Below, piece by piece: positions 11,236 through 25,861 of a DNA stretch of 64,000 nt. Within the stretch, counting starts at the first letter, position 1; every line of letters starts with the position of its first letter. Position numbers and translations under genes: made by a program. The notes under the pieces were generated by a model. That model saw only the letters and a program-made list of their open reading frames with translations. It had not been told where the DNA came from and searched no databases. The DNA is taken from positions 67,146,001 to 67,210,000 of the forward strand of contig OZ024741.1 of NCBI GenBank assembly GCA_964016885.1. The letters run 5' to 3'. This DNA is from Eledone cirrhosa (Eukaryota).

Positions 11236-12539
11236 TGCATGCAACAAAATAGAGAGATGGAAAGATAGATAAAGAGAAGAACTTCATGTAAAGAAACAGA
11301 GAGATATATATAGAGAGAGGAAATAGATAGAGATAGATATATATAGAGAAAAGTAGGTAGTTGGACGACGTATCAATGATACCTTTATTTATTTATTTAT
11401 TTATTTAGCTCTAGTATTAATGTAAGGGAGATATATGTCGTTAGGAAAGAAAACAGCCGTTATATAGAGAGAAAAAATGAAAAGTAACCAGACATAGGCG
11501 AGGCAGAATTCAAAAACCCTATGTTTTAATGTAGAAGTATTAGTACGTATAAAAACCAGGCACTATAATGTAAATATCAGTATTCCTGAATGAGACACGT
11601 ATCTATAATGTGTGAAAAGTAATGATCTTATGTCTAGTTTTAAAAATTCATATGTTTATATGATAACTACAAACATCGATGTGAATTTACGTGATCAACT
11701 CTGCAAACCCCTATTTCACACGGAGAACATTCTCATTGTGCTATAAAAATTTAAGTATACATATATGTGTATATATACACACATATATATAGAGTCTATA
11801 TTAATTTTAACAATACTATTCTTGTCTTTACTCTACATGATTATCTATCAAGCAGAAATAGAGAACAGATTTCAATATATTAATAAAAATATCAGAAACA
11901 AAAACAAAAAATACAAAAAATAATAATAATAATAATAAAAATAAATAAAAATAAAAATAAAAATAAAAATAAAAATAAAAATAAACAAATAAATAAAATA
12001 GAAAACTAAAAAATATTACATATTAAAAATGAAAATATTAAAAATATTAAAAAATATTATTAAAAAATATTATTAAAAAAATATTATTAAAAAATATTAA
12101 AATAATAAAAATAAAAACATAATATGCCACGCAAATCGACCACAAAGATCAACCCTTCAAAATTAATTGACAATATATTGCCAAGTTCATTATAAGCATC
12201 AGAGTCGAAAACAGACGAAGCTAAAATTTATTTACCAAATTGCGTCTAGCAGAAATCATTTCAAAAGTTTAGGATGCCCATTTGGTCTACATATGTTCTT
12301 ATATTTAATATAGAAGTTTATCTAGTGTAACGTTTATTCGATATATTTGGAGCATCAACTTTTAGGGTAGTTTAATGAAGAATGTTTAAAATAAAAATAA
12401 AAATAAAAAGAAGAATAAAAAGAAGAAATCGAAAGATTTATCGGCTAGTTTCCCAAATAATTACAAATCAAACTAAATATACTACATTTTAAATTTAAAT
12501 TTATATTTAAAAGTTGAGTTCAACCTATGTTTGCAGCAA

Positions 12540-12902
12540 CTGAATAAATTTGTCCGTAGATTAAGGGAATTTTTAGATTTTAGTATAAAGAATATCTCCT
12601 CCGCGCAGAGGTCACATGTCTCAGAGGATGAATTAAAAGGAATCCCTCTTGAGACTATATTCCAAGCCGTCGAATATCTAACGTTATCTTGCCTAAGTTG
12701 CCAGAGTACGCCTGATAGTGCTGTTGAAGATTTTTTGCTTGGATCTGTGAAAGAATTCTTGTGGTTATTATAGCGAAGTTTAAATTCCGTCCATGTGGAA
12801 CCGACGTAGAATTAGAGTCCGTTTTAACATTACAGTTGTATATTATATTTTTAACTAACCAGTTGTTATTTAACGGACATTTAGATCTATCTCTACAGTT
12901 AC
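12540..12902 (-). pseudogene. Penelope-like element GIY-YIG endonuclease region, decayed
   Basis: [27 protein letters not shown], typical of the PLE linker and GIY-YIG start; frameshifted downstream. Confidence 0.7.
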
Positions 12903-12963
12903 ATATATATATATAAATATATATATATATGTACATATATATATATATAAATATATATATATA

Positions 12964-13009
<46 letters not shown>

Positions 13010-13039
13010 CATATATATATATAAATATATATATATATA

Positions 13040-13112
<73 letters not shown>

Positions 13113-13161
13113 AATACATATATATATCCATATATGTATATATATATACATATATATATCG

Positions 13162-13213
<52 letters not shown>

Positions 13214-13260
13214 ACACACATACACACACACACATATATATATAAATATATATATATGTA

Positions 13261-13336
<76 letters not shown>

Positions 13337-13519
13337 TGTGTGTGTGTCTTCATGACTCTGTGTGTATGTGTTTGTGTGTTTTTATCCAAGTGTTATTTCC
13401 ATCACTGGCATTGTTATTTACGCATGGATGAAGGTAGACCCAAGATTATGTAATGTCATTTAACGTTGCAAAATAGAGTAGTTAATTCATACATTATCCA
13501 TACATTATCCATATATACA

Positions 13520-13579
<60 letters not shown>

Positions 13580-13612
13580 AATACACACACACACACATAT
13601 ATATATACAAAT

Positions 13613-13679
<67 letters not shown>

Positions 13680-13682
13680 AAT

Positions 13683-13744
<62 letters not shown>

Positions 13745-13760
13745 CTGTGTGTATGTGTGT
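12903..13760. repeat. (TA)n/(CA)n compound microsatellite block
   Basis: Direct reading. Confidence 0.9.
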
Positions 13761-14321
13761 ATGAGTGTACTTCGCTTGTAGCTCGAAAATGAAGAGAAAA
13801 TGACTTATTCATAAAGATTTCCATCTTGAAAGAGAAAATGCACCAAATAAGCCCCCCACATATATAACACTAGACATATAATTTTCTAATACTTTGTCCT
13901 TACTGAAAAATCAATTTATAGCATTAATAGACAATCATAGAAAAACCAATGAAACCAGATGCATTCACTTAACCAGGAACCGAAAATAGTCAATGCGTAC
14001 ATAATATAATAGACCATATAATAATATGACATATTTATGCATAATAAAGCTAACTATGTCTCGATGGTTCGAAGCTGTGATCACGTCAAAACTAACTCAG
14101 TAGCCGTTTGAGTACGCCAGGCTCTAGAGTTTCAGGAGTTATAATACTTTTATTCTTTTAGTCGTTTAAATCATTAAGATGTGACCATGCTGGGGCACAC
14201 CAACAAATGGATTTTAGTACATCATTTCAACCCCAGCACTCAGCTTTTTAGGTATGATACTTATATCATCAAGTAATGGGATACAAACACAGAGACTCAT
14301 AAAAACACTTACACACTGTCA

Positions 14322-14369
<48 letters not shown>

Positions 14370-14394
14370 CATAGACAGGTACACACACAGGCAT

Positions 14395-15203
<809 letters not shown>

Positions 15204-15208
15204 ATATT

Positions 15209-15271
<63 letters not shown>

Positions 15272-15289
15272 CGTGGGTATATCTTGGAA

Positions 15290-17190
15290 GCTGCTACAAT
15301 TAGACGGTGCTCCTACCATTTCTATAAGAAAATTGATATAAACAGGAATAAATACAATAACCGACCACATGATCCTCTTCTCTACAATTTTGAAAGGGAT
15401 CTCATGAAAAGGATTAAAGAAATTATGAAGGCACACATCCAACTTCCAAAAAGAACGGGGTTCTATAATCACTGAATTAAGGGATTCTAGCTAGGTACAT
15501 GTCGACTCCGATATAACTGGGAATTTGTATCATATAAACACAGATAAAAAGAAATACTGCAAGATATTAATGCACTTAATGTAAGCTATACAATAGTAAA
15601 ACAACTTATTCTAGAAGATCGAACGGTACCTTTCCAGCCCAAGTGCCCCAATTTCAACCATGCCTCATGCTTCGATTAGACTGACTCACCAGCCCTTCGA
15701 AATCCGACATTGGTAGGATTAGCAAAGTAATTTTTGATATAATTATATAGATGAGGAAGTACGAGAAATCCCTTTTTCGGAAATCACCCACAAGGTAATC
15801 GAATGGTTTACTAGCCTAAATGAGAATGATTTAACTTCCTTTCTGCAATTTGATATTGATGCTTATTATTCATCTATCTCACCCAATATTACTCAACCTG
15901 CCACTCATTTTCAGGAATCCAATAAACATTTTTCTGTATGTCAGAATGACCAAAATAGAATTTGTGGCTGAAAGCTGGACGCGGAAATTTCATGGTTACT
16001 AGCTCGATATTAACATGGGTTCCACGAGCTCCACTCAGACTACAAAGCTTTTAGGGTTGTTTCTTCTGTTCAAACTAAAAGATATATACGGTAAATTATA
16101 TCGTGACAATTGTCTAATAACGTTAAAACATCTCAACCTGTCATCTACGGAGAAACGTAGAAAACAAACGAGGCATTTCTTTAAGGAACATAACCTTTCT
16201 ATAACATATGAAAAGATCTGAAAGCAATAGATGTTTTAGATATAATTATTAAACAATCTACATCTTATTATCCCCCATACTATAAACCGAATTCAGATCT
16301 CCACTATGTTTATCAGAACTCTAGTTACCCCAGTTCTATTATTAATGGTCTCGGGAATATTTCCATGGGGGTTTTTAGGTTACGGTGAATGAAAGGTTTT
16401 CAGGGCAGCGATTCGTACTAAACGAACGAGGCACTAAGTGAGAATGGATACAAAGAAACGATCAAATATATACTAAGGACTACCAAATCGGACATTTCAC
16501 TTCCTAATTCTAAATTAAATAAAGAACGTTTTCTCCACAGACCTTACTAAAAATGAAATACCTTCTAATGTCATAGAAAAAAGGTCGAAATAACAATGAG
16601 TCTTCGCCCTCGACCTAACCACACCTTTGATAATATGACTACTGTAAGTAAAACTCATAGATTTATAACACAACACATATTTACTATCAATACACCTACA
16701 CGTAAGCAACAACTGAAACAATCTTACAACAATGCAAGTTAAAACATAACACTAGTTATGCGCCTGCTCATACGTCTAGTAACTATAAATTAGAGAGCAA
16801 AGAGTAGTACAAACAAAATAGTATAAAAATAGTAAACAACAATAGTACAAAAAATAGTAAACAATGAACTAGAAGTCACAAAATTGATTGTAATAATAGT
16901 AATCCACACACTGGTGCAAATGAAGCAATATATAGAAATTTTAATGATAGATATAACATTATTCACACAAAAAAATAATATATGTCGTCGTAAGAAGAAG
17001 AATCGTAAGAGGCGACCCACATCGTATAATCCACCTTTCAATATTGAAGCCAAGGGCCATTCACTCACCAAATTATTTTCCATCACCAGAAAACACTTCA
17101 CAGCAACCCATAAATACCACTAAATCTTTATTTCATTTACAATGAACATCTCATGCTCTACCTTACCTAAAGCAACGTATTAATGCACCA
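15290..17190 (+). pseudogene. Penelope-like element reverse transcriptase, decayed
   Basis: Remnant motifs LYNFERDL, QFDIDAYYSSI, MGS, KLYRDN (YRDD site), YKPNS..YV..NS.YP, RKRR..SYNPPFN, KHF...HKYH. Confidence 0.75.
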
Positions 17191-17919
17191 ACTTAGAATT
17201 AACTGATTTATGAGAATAATTTGTAGACATATATCACATTTGCTGTGTTGAAAATCAAAATGAAGCCAACAAGGGAGATAACATCGATGGCATCAGGCAG
17301 AAATCGGGGAAAAGATATGAAAGAAAAGCTGAAGAGTTATCAAAGGGGAAATAAACATCAAGGTAGTAAAAAAAATGTGTGTATTCGGGTGTGTGTATAT
17401 ATATACACACCTTTAAAAGTGAAAATGACATTCCATGTTTTCTCCCTGTAATATATTTCAGGTCAACATTTCCATCACATGGTAGGATGACATAAATATA
17501 TAAAACTGACTACCCATTGAAATGCTTTGCATTTTCACTGATTGAATATTTCGCTTGAACGAACGAAAGTGTTGCCCTCAGGTACCATGGCATCTATTTA
17601 TGATGTAGCGTCTCAATTTATTATATACTTCATAAATGCATTCTAAATGGATTTCTCATAATATTTCTGACAATTATTATTTCTCAAAGATATAAAAAAT
17701 GACTGTTTTGACCTTTTGTCCATTTCTCGTTATTTTATATACAATACACACAGGGTCTTAACAACAGCTCTATGTTGTGCAACTAAAGGAGTAACTATTT
17801 TTAGTTCAAAAGTTCAAATATAGTCGATAATGTGAATAGCCATTGGGCGGCAACCTATGGCAAATATTTCATATTTCCCCGACGCGATATTTTTGAAGTC
17901 CATTCTCCCGACGTGTTGA

Positions 17920-18064
17920 ATTAACAAAGGCATAGACACCGACTACTTGTGTTGCTATGTCTTTACAGGAATTACTTGTCTCTTTACATAAATTAAAATT
18001 GTACTACCTAAGTCAATCTATCTATCTATCTATATTTGTGAATAAAGAAATGTATCTATATTTG

Positions 18065-18157
<93 letters not shown>

Positions 18158-18415
18158 TAAATATGTTTTGAAACAGTGAGCAGGTTTGAAATTAGAAAAT
18201 AGAATAGCTTTCACCGTATTTTTTGACTAAAGAAATTTTAGTCTGATAGTGGGGTTTAGAGCCCTCAGATATTAACAAAGGCATAGACACCGACTACTTG
18301 TGTTGCTATGTCTTTACAGGAATTACTTGTCTCTTTACATAAATTAAAATTGTACTACCTAAGTCAATCTATCTATCTATCTATATTTGTGAATAAAGAA
18401 ATGTATCTATATTTG

Positions 18416-18499
<84 letters not shown>

Positions 18500-18611
18500 T
18501 AAATATGTTTTGAAACAGTGAGCAGGTTTGAATTAGAAAATAGAATAGCTTTCACCGTATTTTTTGACTAAAGAAATTTTAGTCTGATAGTGGGGTTTAG
18601 AGCCCTCAGAT
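17920..18611. repeat. Near-perfect ~350-bp tandem duplication (17920-18270, 18271-18611)
   Basis: Both units begin attaacaaaggcatagacacc and end gccctcagat; differences are mainly in (TA)n length. Confidence 0.9.
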
Positions 18612-18731
18612 AAATAGAAAAAGATGAGCATTGACGTACATGTACGTCAATGCTCATCTTTTTCCATTTGTCTGAGGGTTCTAAACACCATTATCAGACT
18701 AAAATTTTTTTAGTAAAAAAATACGGTGAAA
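18550..18731. repeat. Long imperfect palindrome with ~90-bp arms
   Basis: tttcaccgtatttttt...gatgagcattgacgtaca|tgtacgtcaatgctcatc...aaaaaatacggtgaaa. Confidence 0.85.
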
Positions 18732-19178
18732 AAATACGGCGCAAAACCAATTTTTTATCTACATGACCTCTACCGACCAATCAAAATTGTTCTGACCAAG
18801 AAGTTTTGCTGGAGCCACTTTTTTAACATAAAAACAGTCTTGGCGCAAAATCAACTTTTTACATTCACATGACCTCTACCGACCAATCAAAATTGTTTTG
18901 ACCACAAGCATTTTTGCAACACAAAAATAACGCTGGAGCCACTTTTTTAACATAAAAACAGGTAGAATTCCCAAAACTAATCAGATCAGAGCAAACAGCA
19001 CGGACACTCTATCTCAAAATTATTTTTGAAAAGCATTTAGAAATGCGCAACCGGTAAAAACTTAAAAAACTTAAAACCACAACTGAATACTAACCCATAC
19101 AATCACTAATACTCTTTTATTCCTAATTAAACCATTTTTCAACTGTGAACAATTTGTCAGCATTTTCTATTCCGTTTA

Positions 19179-19230
<52 letters not shown>

Positions 19231-19402
19231 TATAGATAGGTAAATATACACGGGTGTGTATGATTGTGTATAGAAGATTATATTAATAAGAGGAATTCCA
19301 ACTTTGTCTGATTTACTCGTTTTATTTACAATCCTTTAAAATATATATAAAATGGTATTATAATGAAATAGTATGATAGAATATTAAATTCTAAGTGTTA
19401 AT

Positions 19403-19441
19403 TGAACAAGTACTTTCATGCTTTCGCAATCTTCAGGTTCA
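19403..19441 (-). ncRNA. Minimal type I hammerhead ribozyme motif (family C)
   Basis: Reverse complement: tgaac CTGAAGA t-tgc-gaaa-gca-t GAAA gtac TT gttca; 5-bp stem I, GNRA-capped stem II, palindromic agtact stem III. Confidence 0.65.
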
Positions 19442-19476
19442 TGATATGTGGTGACAGTCGAGTTTGCAATTTTCAA

Positions 19477-19582
<106 letters not shown>

Positions 19583-19890
19583 ATGTGTGTGGCTCTAAGC
19601 CAGCAGAGTCATAACGACCAGACTGCTCCTTGACAGTGTAATTAGGGTCTCTAACCCTAGTGCTGTTAGATCGACTCTCCATATTTCTTTTCAATGGCTG
19701 ACAATACCTTACCGGCGCCACTCGAATAAGGTAGTTATTTAACCCATAAATGGAGCCCTAACAGGTACTACTACCCCGGGCCAGGGCAGACCTGGGAGTC
19801 ATGATAACTAAGGGGTAACTCCACATTCCCCACAACTCCTGAACTCCCGAACTGGAGCCTTGCCACTGGATGTAGTTTAATGTCATACCC

Positions 19891-21156
19891 ACTTGTGGCA
19901 AAGACCCTCAACAGGATGATTCTTAACAGGATCCAGACTGAGATGGAGAAGAAGCTCAGGGACAACCAGAATGGCTTCAGAGAGGGAAGATCAAGCACCA
20001 GTCACATCCTGATGCTGAGGAGGATATTAGAGGGAGCTAGAGCAAAGTGCCTTCCTGCGATCATGGTTTTCATTGACTTTAGGAAGGCCTTTGATTCTGT
20101 GGACCGTTACTGCCCGATGAAGATCTTACAGCTTATGGAATCCCCAAGAAGATAGTGGACCTGATATCACTGCTCTACACCAACACCAAAGCCCATGTCA
20201 TTACACCTGATGGGATGACAGAGTTCTTTGAGATACTGGCTGGAGTGCTCCAGGGAGATACATTGGCTCCCTACCTTTTTATCATCGTAGTGGACTATTG
20301 TATGCGCCTTGCACTGCAGAAACACCAGGACTCTGGCTTTACTGTCGCACCGGCTCAGAGCAGGAGAGTTAGGGAGAAAAAGGTATCGGGTGCTTAATTT
20401 GCCGACGGCATAGTTTTGGTGACAAATACAGTGAAGGAGGCAGAGGATTTGATGCGGGAGGTTGAGACTGTGTCGATGAGTGTGGGGCTGAGAATGAATG
20501 AGACTAAAACAAAATATCTGGTAAAGAATGTTGAGAAGCCAGAGAGGATCACTAATGTAGGCGGGAAGCCGCTAGAATTGGTTGAGGGCTTCCTGTATTT
20601 GGGAGCAAAGATTGGGAATACAGAAGATGATGTGGTTGAGAGGAAGAGCAAAGCCTGGGCGGCGTGCCACAGCTTGAGATAGGTGTAGAAGTCGGACCTT
20701 CGTAAAGACCTGAAAATCCGCCTCTTCATTGCTGTAGTGGAGTCTGTGCTGCTGTATGGGTCTGAGACTTGGACACTGACCAGGAAACTCACTCAGATGG
20801 TGGATGGGTGCTACACGAGAATGCTGAGGATGGTTCTGAACATTAATCAGTATAAACTGAGGATGAAAAACTCAGAGCTGTATGGGAACATCCCAAAAGT
20901 CAGCTCAAAAGTGACACAGAAGAGACTGAGGTTGGCTGGACATGCTCACCGACATCCAGAGTTGACATTGCACTCAGTGCTCCTGTGGGAGCCCCTACAT
21001 GGACACACTAGAAGAGGAAGACCAAGGTTAACGTATGTTGATGCCCTAAGGACAGACACTGGTCTGTTGGAGACGCAGGACATGGCAGCGATAATGAGGG
21101 ACAGAGACCGCTGGAGAGAACTCGTCCATGGATCTCGGGAATTTTACCCGCCTTAG
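19891..21156 (+). mobile_element. 5'-truncated RTE/RTEX-like LINE (RT to 3' end), with stops and a frameshift
   Basis: QNGFREGRS, FIDFRKAFDSV, GVLQGDTLAPYLF, FLYLG, LLYGSETW, RLAGH, RGRPR; highly similar to 48680-50241. Confidence 0.88.
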
Positions 21157-21159
21157 ATA

Positions 21160-21217
<58 letters not shown>

Positions 21218-21305
21218 GTATATACTTTTGTATATGATGTTGATCATAAATGATTCGGAATAAATGAGTTAAGAATATCTGTATCTGGTGTTCGCAGTTA
21301 TCATT

Positions 21306-21356
<51 letters not shown>

Positions 21357-21841
21357 GAAGGAAAAAGAAGTTGAAAATACAATTGGAGTCTTTAAGAAGG
21401 TATATTTACAATAATTTATGACTTTACCGGTTTCACAAGTTTAATAATTTTCAAACGTTAAGAGAGATGGAGAGATACGTGTCTATGCCGACTTGTAACT
21501 CAGGTTTTTTGCGGAAAAGAGGCACTAGTTTAAAGTATAATTTCATGGGTCAAGGATCCTGACATGATTAGGCACCGAAATTCGCGCCAAATGAGAGAGT
21601 GTCATGGTTTAGTGAATATAGACGGTTGTAATTCATGCCTGTTTTTTTATTTGTTCAATAGTCAAGGGAAGTTGATATTGTCATTGTGTCAATCCCGAAA
21701 ATTCAAAAGTACAGGAATTTTGTTTATGTATGTGTTTGTTTGTTTGTGTGTGTGTAGGGGGGGGGGGGCGTGTGCGTGTGTGTGTGTGCGTGTGTTATCA
21801 CATAGCCCTCTGTACCCGAACAGAGAAGTGAATCATTATAG

Positions 21842-21886
<45 letters not shown>

Positions 21887-23419
21887 CACACACATACATG
21901 CATACACACAGACACACTCTCTCTCTCACTCACTCACACATACACACATGTATTTACTTTTTCTGCTTTCCAAAAAAGGAGAGCTGCCTGAGTATTTACA
22001 GCTTATTTCAGCACTTCGTCAGATATCAGGTATGATATTTCCCTGATATCCTAAAGAATAGTAGCATCCCGATGGAATCATCCTCTTTCCATTCGAAGGA
22101 GGTAAATCCCTCATCTCGGATGCCACCTGTTGCGACACGTTCTCCGCCTCCAGATTAGTCACTTAGATCACAAATCCCAGTACCGCGGCCCGCCTTGCAG
22201 ACGGAAGGGAAATAAACAAATGCCGGGGACTGTCCGGCCTCTTCTTCTTCGCACAAGTCGCCGTCGAGACCCCAGATTTCCTCCACAAGATTGGAACGTC
22301 GGCGGCTCGTCTGAGGAAGGAGCCCCTCCATCGACGCAGCCTAGGCCTAGAGCCCAACTATCCTCCCCCTCCCGCCTCCCATTCTTCTGTGACACTAGAA
22401 TCCTTGCCAGCTCCCCCTCCTTCCCGTTTTTTTCTTTCTTATTCTCTTTTTTTCTCTAAATTTTCCTATTTTACATTCCATTCTTCTCAATCCAAATTTT
22501 CTTTTCTTTTATTTTTCTATTAAACTGTATTTACATGATATATTCGCTAAATAAAATGTCAGTATATCATTAAAAAAACAAAATGTACATTGGCGTACAA
22601 TTCTTATCAATGTCTCGTGATTAATTTGCAGAAGCACTGTATGATGATAGAATAAATTTCTCTTTCTGCCAATGATTGCACTGTTATATAAATTAGATTA
22701 GAGGAATTTAGTTTATGTATATGGTATGTACGGTCCCACTGCTCCTTATGGAGAGAGCCAGAACGGATACGTGTATTATGATAAATAACTGTTAATAGAA
22801 GGCATAACACATTTAATATTAAAATCTTCTCTTAGTCATGCATTTCATGAATAGCTCTGGGTAGCAACAGTGTGATATCAAATTTTAATAGATATTTGTG
22901 CTTTCTTTACATAAAATTAACCATAGTAAAGGAAAGGACGATTCTTAAGTCAAACTAAGAAAATTACATTACTATTAGTATTTACTGGCAGAAGCATCGC
23001 CGAGTTTCTGGTAATAGTGTGTGGGATTTGAACTCAGAACGGACCAAGCCACAAGGTGTATATCGCAGGGGACTCTACATAAAGTTTTAACAATTCAGCT
23101 AATCAACTAACCCACGTTTGATAATATATCCTGAAAGGATGGACGGCAAAGGTGAACAGACAAAATGCTGTACAGTATATATATAATCGAACATTCTAAC
23201 TACTATGCCTATTCGTCGCTTCACACAGGGCACTAAATAACACTAAAGCCTCTCTAGACAGACTCTTCATGGTTGCTAAACTCTGAAGAGGAGAAAATAT
23301 ATATGCACATATGTAGATACAAATACATACTCTCACACACACACATATATATATACATGTTTATATATATACATACACACACATATACATATATGTATGT
23401 ATATATAGGCAATATACCG

Positions 23420-23455
<36 letters not shown>

Positions 23456-23621
23456 GGTATTAGGATTGGTGCTCTGAAATAGCGATGTATACATGAATGT
23501 ACGTATAGTATATTTGGCAATATACCGTATGCTTAATTAAAAACATTTAGAAGACCATACGTTATCGCTTTTAAAGTAGTGACTATGTCACTTAATTCTT
23601 TTCCGCGAAAGAAGGGAGAGA

Positions 23622-23662
23622 AGCTAACAGTCTGTTTCACGCTGTTGGCGTTTATCAGAGCC
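23622..23662 (-). ncRNA. Hammerhead-like motif (family B; core G8 position reads A)
   Basis: Reverse complement: ggct CTGATAA acgc-caaca-gcgt GAAACAG a CTGTT agct. Confidence 0.5.
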
Positions 23663-24036
23663 ACGTACTCCTCGCTTTCGCCGAAAATTATAGAAGCTGG
23701 ATTCTTATAGAATTCCAGTAATAATCAGGAGCTGATTATACAGAGCGATTGTCGGTCCAGCTAAAATTAAGTATTAGGATTGGAAAGAAGTAAGTGATAT
23801 AATCACTACTTTAAAACCGATAGCGTATGGTCTTCTAAATGTTTTAAATTAAACATATGGTATATTTCCAAATATACTATACATACATTCATGTATACAT
23901 CGCTATTTCAGAGCACCAATCCTAATACCTATATTTTGCTGGACCGGCAATCGCTCTGTATAATCAGCTGCTGATTATTACTGGAATTCTATAAGAATCC
24001 AGTTTCTATAATTTTCGGCGAAAGCGAGGAGTACGT

Positions 24037-24078
24037 GGCTCTGATTATCGCCAACCAGCGTGAAACAGACTGTCAGCT
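24037..24078 (+). ncRNA. Hammerhead-like motif (family B; core G8 position reads U)
   Basis: ggct CTGATTA t-cgc-caacca-gcg-t GAAACAG a CTGTC agct; GUC site. Confidence 0.55.
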
Positions 24079-24222
24079 TCTCTCCCTTCTTTCGCAGAAA
24101 AGAAGTAAGTGATATAGTCACTACTTTAAAACTCATAGCGTATGGTCTTCTAAATGTTTTTAATTAAACATACGGTATATTGCCAAATATACTATACATA
24201 CATTCATGTATACCAATCCTAA

Positions 24223-24309
<87 letters not shown>

Positions 24310-24540
24310 TATATATATATATATATATATATATAGATATATATATATGTGTGTGTTTGTGTGTGTGTGTGTGCAGTTTTACGTATGAGTGTACTCAATT
24401 ATTCACACACATCTTTTTGTTTCAGTAAATTTTCCTGTCTAAACATTATTATTTATTACAATGATTCTAATCGAGGAATTCTCCATCCGCATCACTTAAT
24501 TCTGATGGAATGAAAACTCTCATACCTAGCCTTGCGTGGT

Positions 24541-24542
<2 letters not shown>

Positions 24543-24620
<78 letters not shown>

Positions 24621-24935
24621 ACACACACACATATTTTCATACACACACACACTCATGCACGCACACATAAATATATATACACACACATATTCACACAAAC
24701 ACACACACACACATGCACATATGCATGCACACAGATATATACACATACATACACATCCAGGCACACACAGATATATATACACACACACAAATACACACAC
24801 ATACACACAGAGGCACACACAAATACACACACATACACACAGAGGCACACACAAATACACACACATACACACAGAGGCACACACAAATACACACACATAC
24901 ACACAGAGGCACACACAAATACACACACATACGCA
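24543..24935. repeat. (CA)n tract with a derived 32-bp minisatellite (4 full copies plus a partial, ~24783-24930)
   Basis: Unit acacacaaatacacacacatacacacagaggc. Confidence 0.85.
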
Positions 24936-24984
24936 CATATGCATACGTAGCCATTGTAGCCACGACATTAGCAACAAGTACATC

Positions 24985-25152
24985 ATTAGGGTCGGACGCC
25001 ATGCTTTCCAGCATAGTTACATCCCTTTACCATCTGAGTTCAAATCCCGCCGAGGTTGACTTTGCCTTTCATCCTTACGGGGTCGATAAAATAAAGTACC
25101 AGTAATGCACTGGTAATTGCTGGCCTTGTGCCTAAAGTAGAAACAATTATTA
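24985..25152 (+). mobile_element. tRNA-derived SINE
   Basis: gggtcggacgccatgc...gagttcaaatcccgccgaggttgactttgcctttcatcc...gtagaaacaattatt. Confidence 0.85.
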
Positions 25153-25308
25153 AACAAACAACCTTTCATAGCTAAGATTATGTGACTGTAACAAACAATT
25201 GTCATGTATTATATCACTAGTTGATGTGTTTTGTTGTATTTCGTTTCACCAGCATCTTATTCAATATAATCATTTATAATCTCTCACTTTTCCTTCATCT
25301 CCCTTGAA

Positions 25309-25798
25309 CTCATCATCATCATCATTATCATCGTCATCACCACCATCATCATCCATTATCATTACCATTATAATCATTATCATCATCGTCGTCATCATCA
25401 TCATCATCATTATAATCATCAGCATCATTATAATCATCAGCATCATCATCATCTCTATAATCATCAACATCATCATCATCATCACCATTATAATCATCAT
25501 CATCATCATCCATTATCATTACCATTATAATAATCATCATCATCATCATCCTCATTATTATTATCACCACCACCATCATCAATCCATTATAATCATCAAC
25601 ATCATAATCATCATAATCATCATCATCATTATAATCATCATAATCATCATAATCATCATCATCATTATAATCATCAGCATCATCATCACCGTCATCATCA
25701 CCATCATCATCATCATCATCATCATCATCACCATCACCATCATCATCATCACCATCATCACCATCATCACCATCACCATCATCATCATCACCATCACC

Positions 25799-25861
<63 letters not shown>

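Larger units (their letters stand above)
23456..24226. mobile_element. Hammerhead-bearing non-autonomous repeat, family B (~310-bp monomer): one inverted copy, then partial and full direct copies
   Basis: 23456-23783 is the reverse complement of 23784-23930 and 23931-24226; flanked by (TA)n. Confidence 0.8.
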
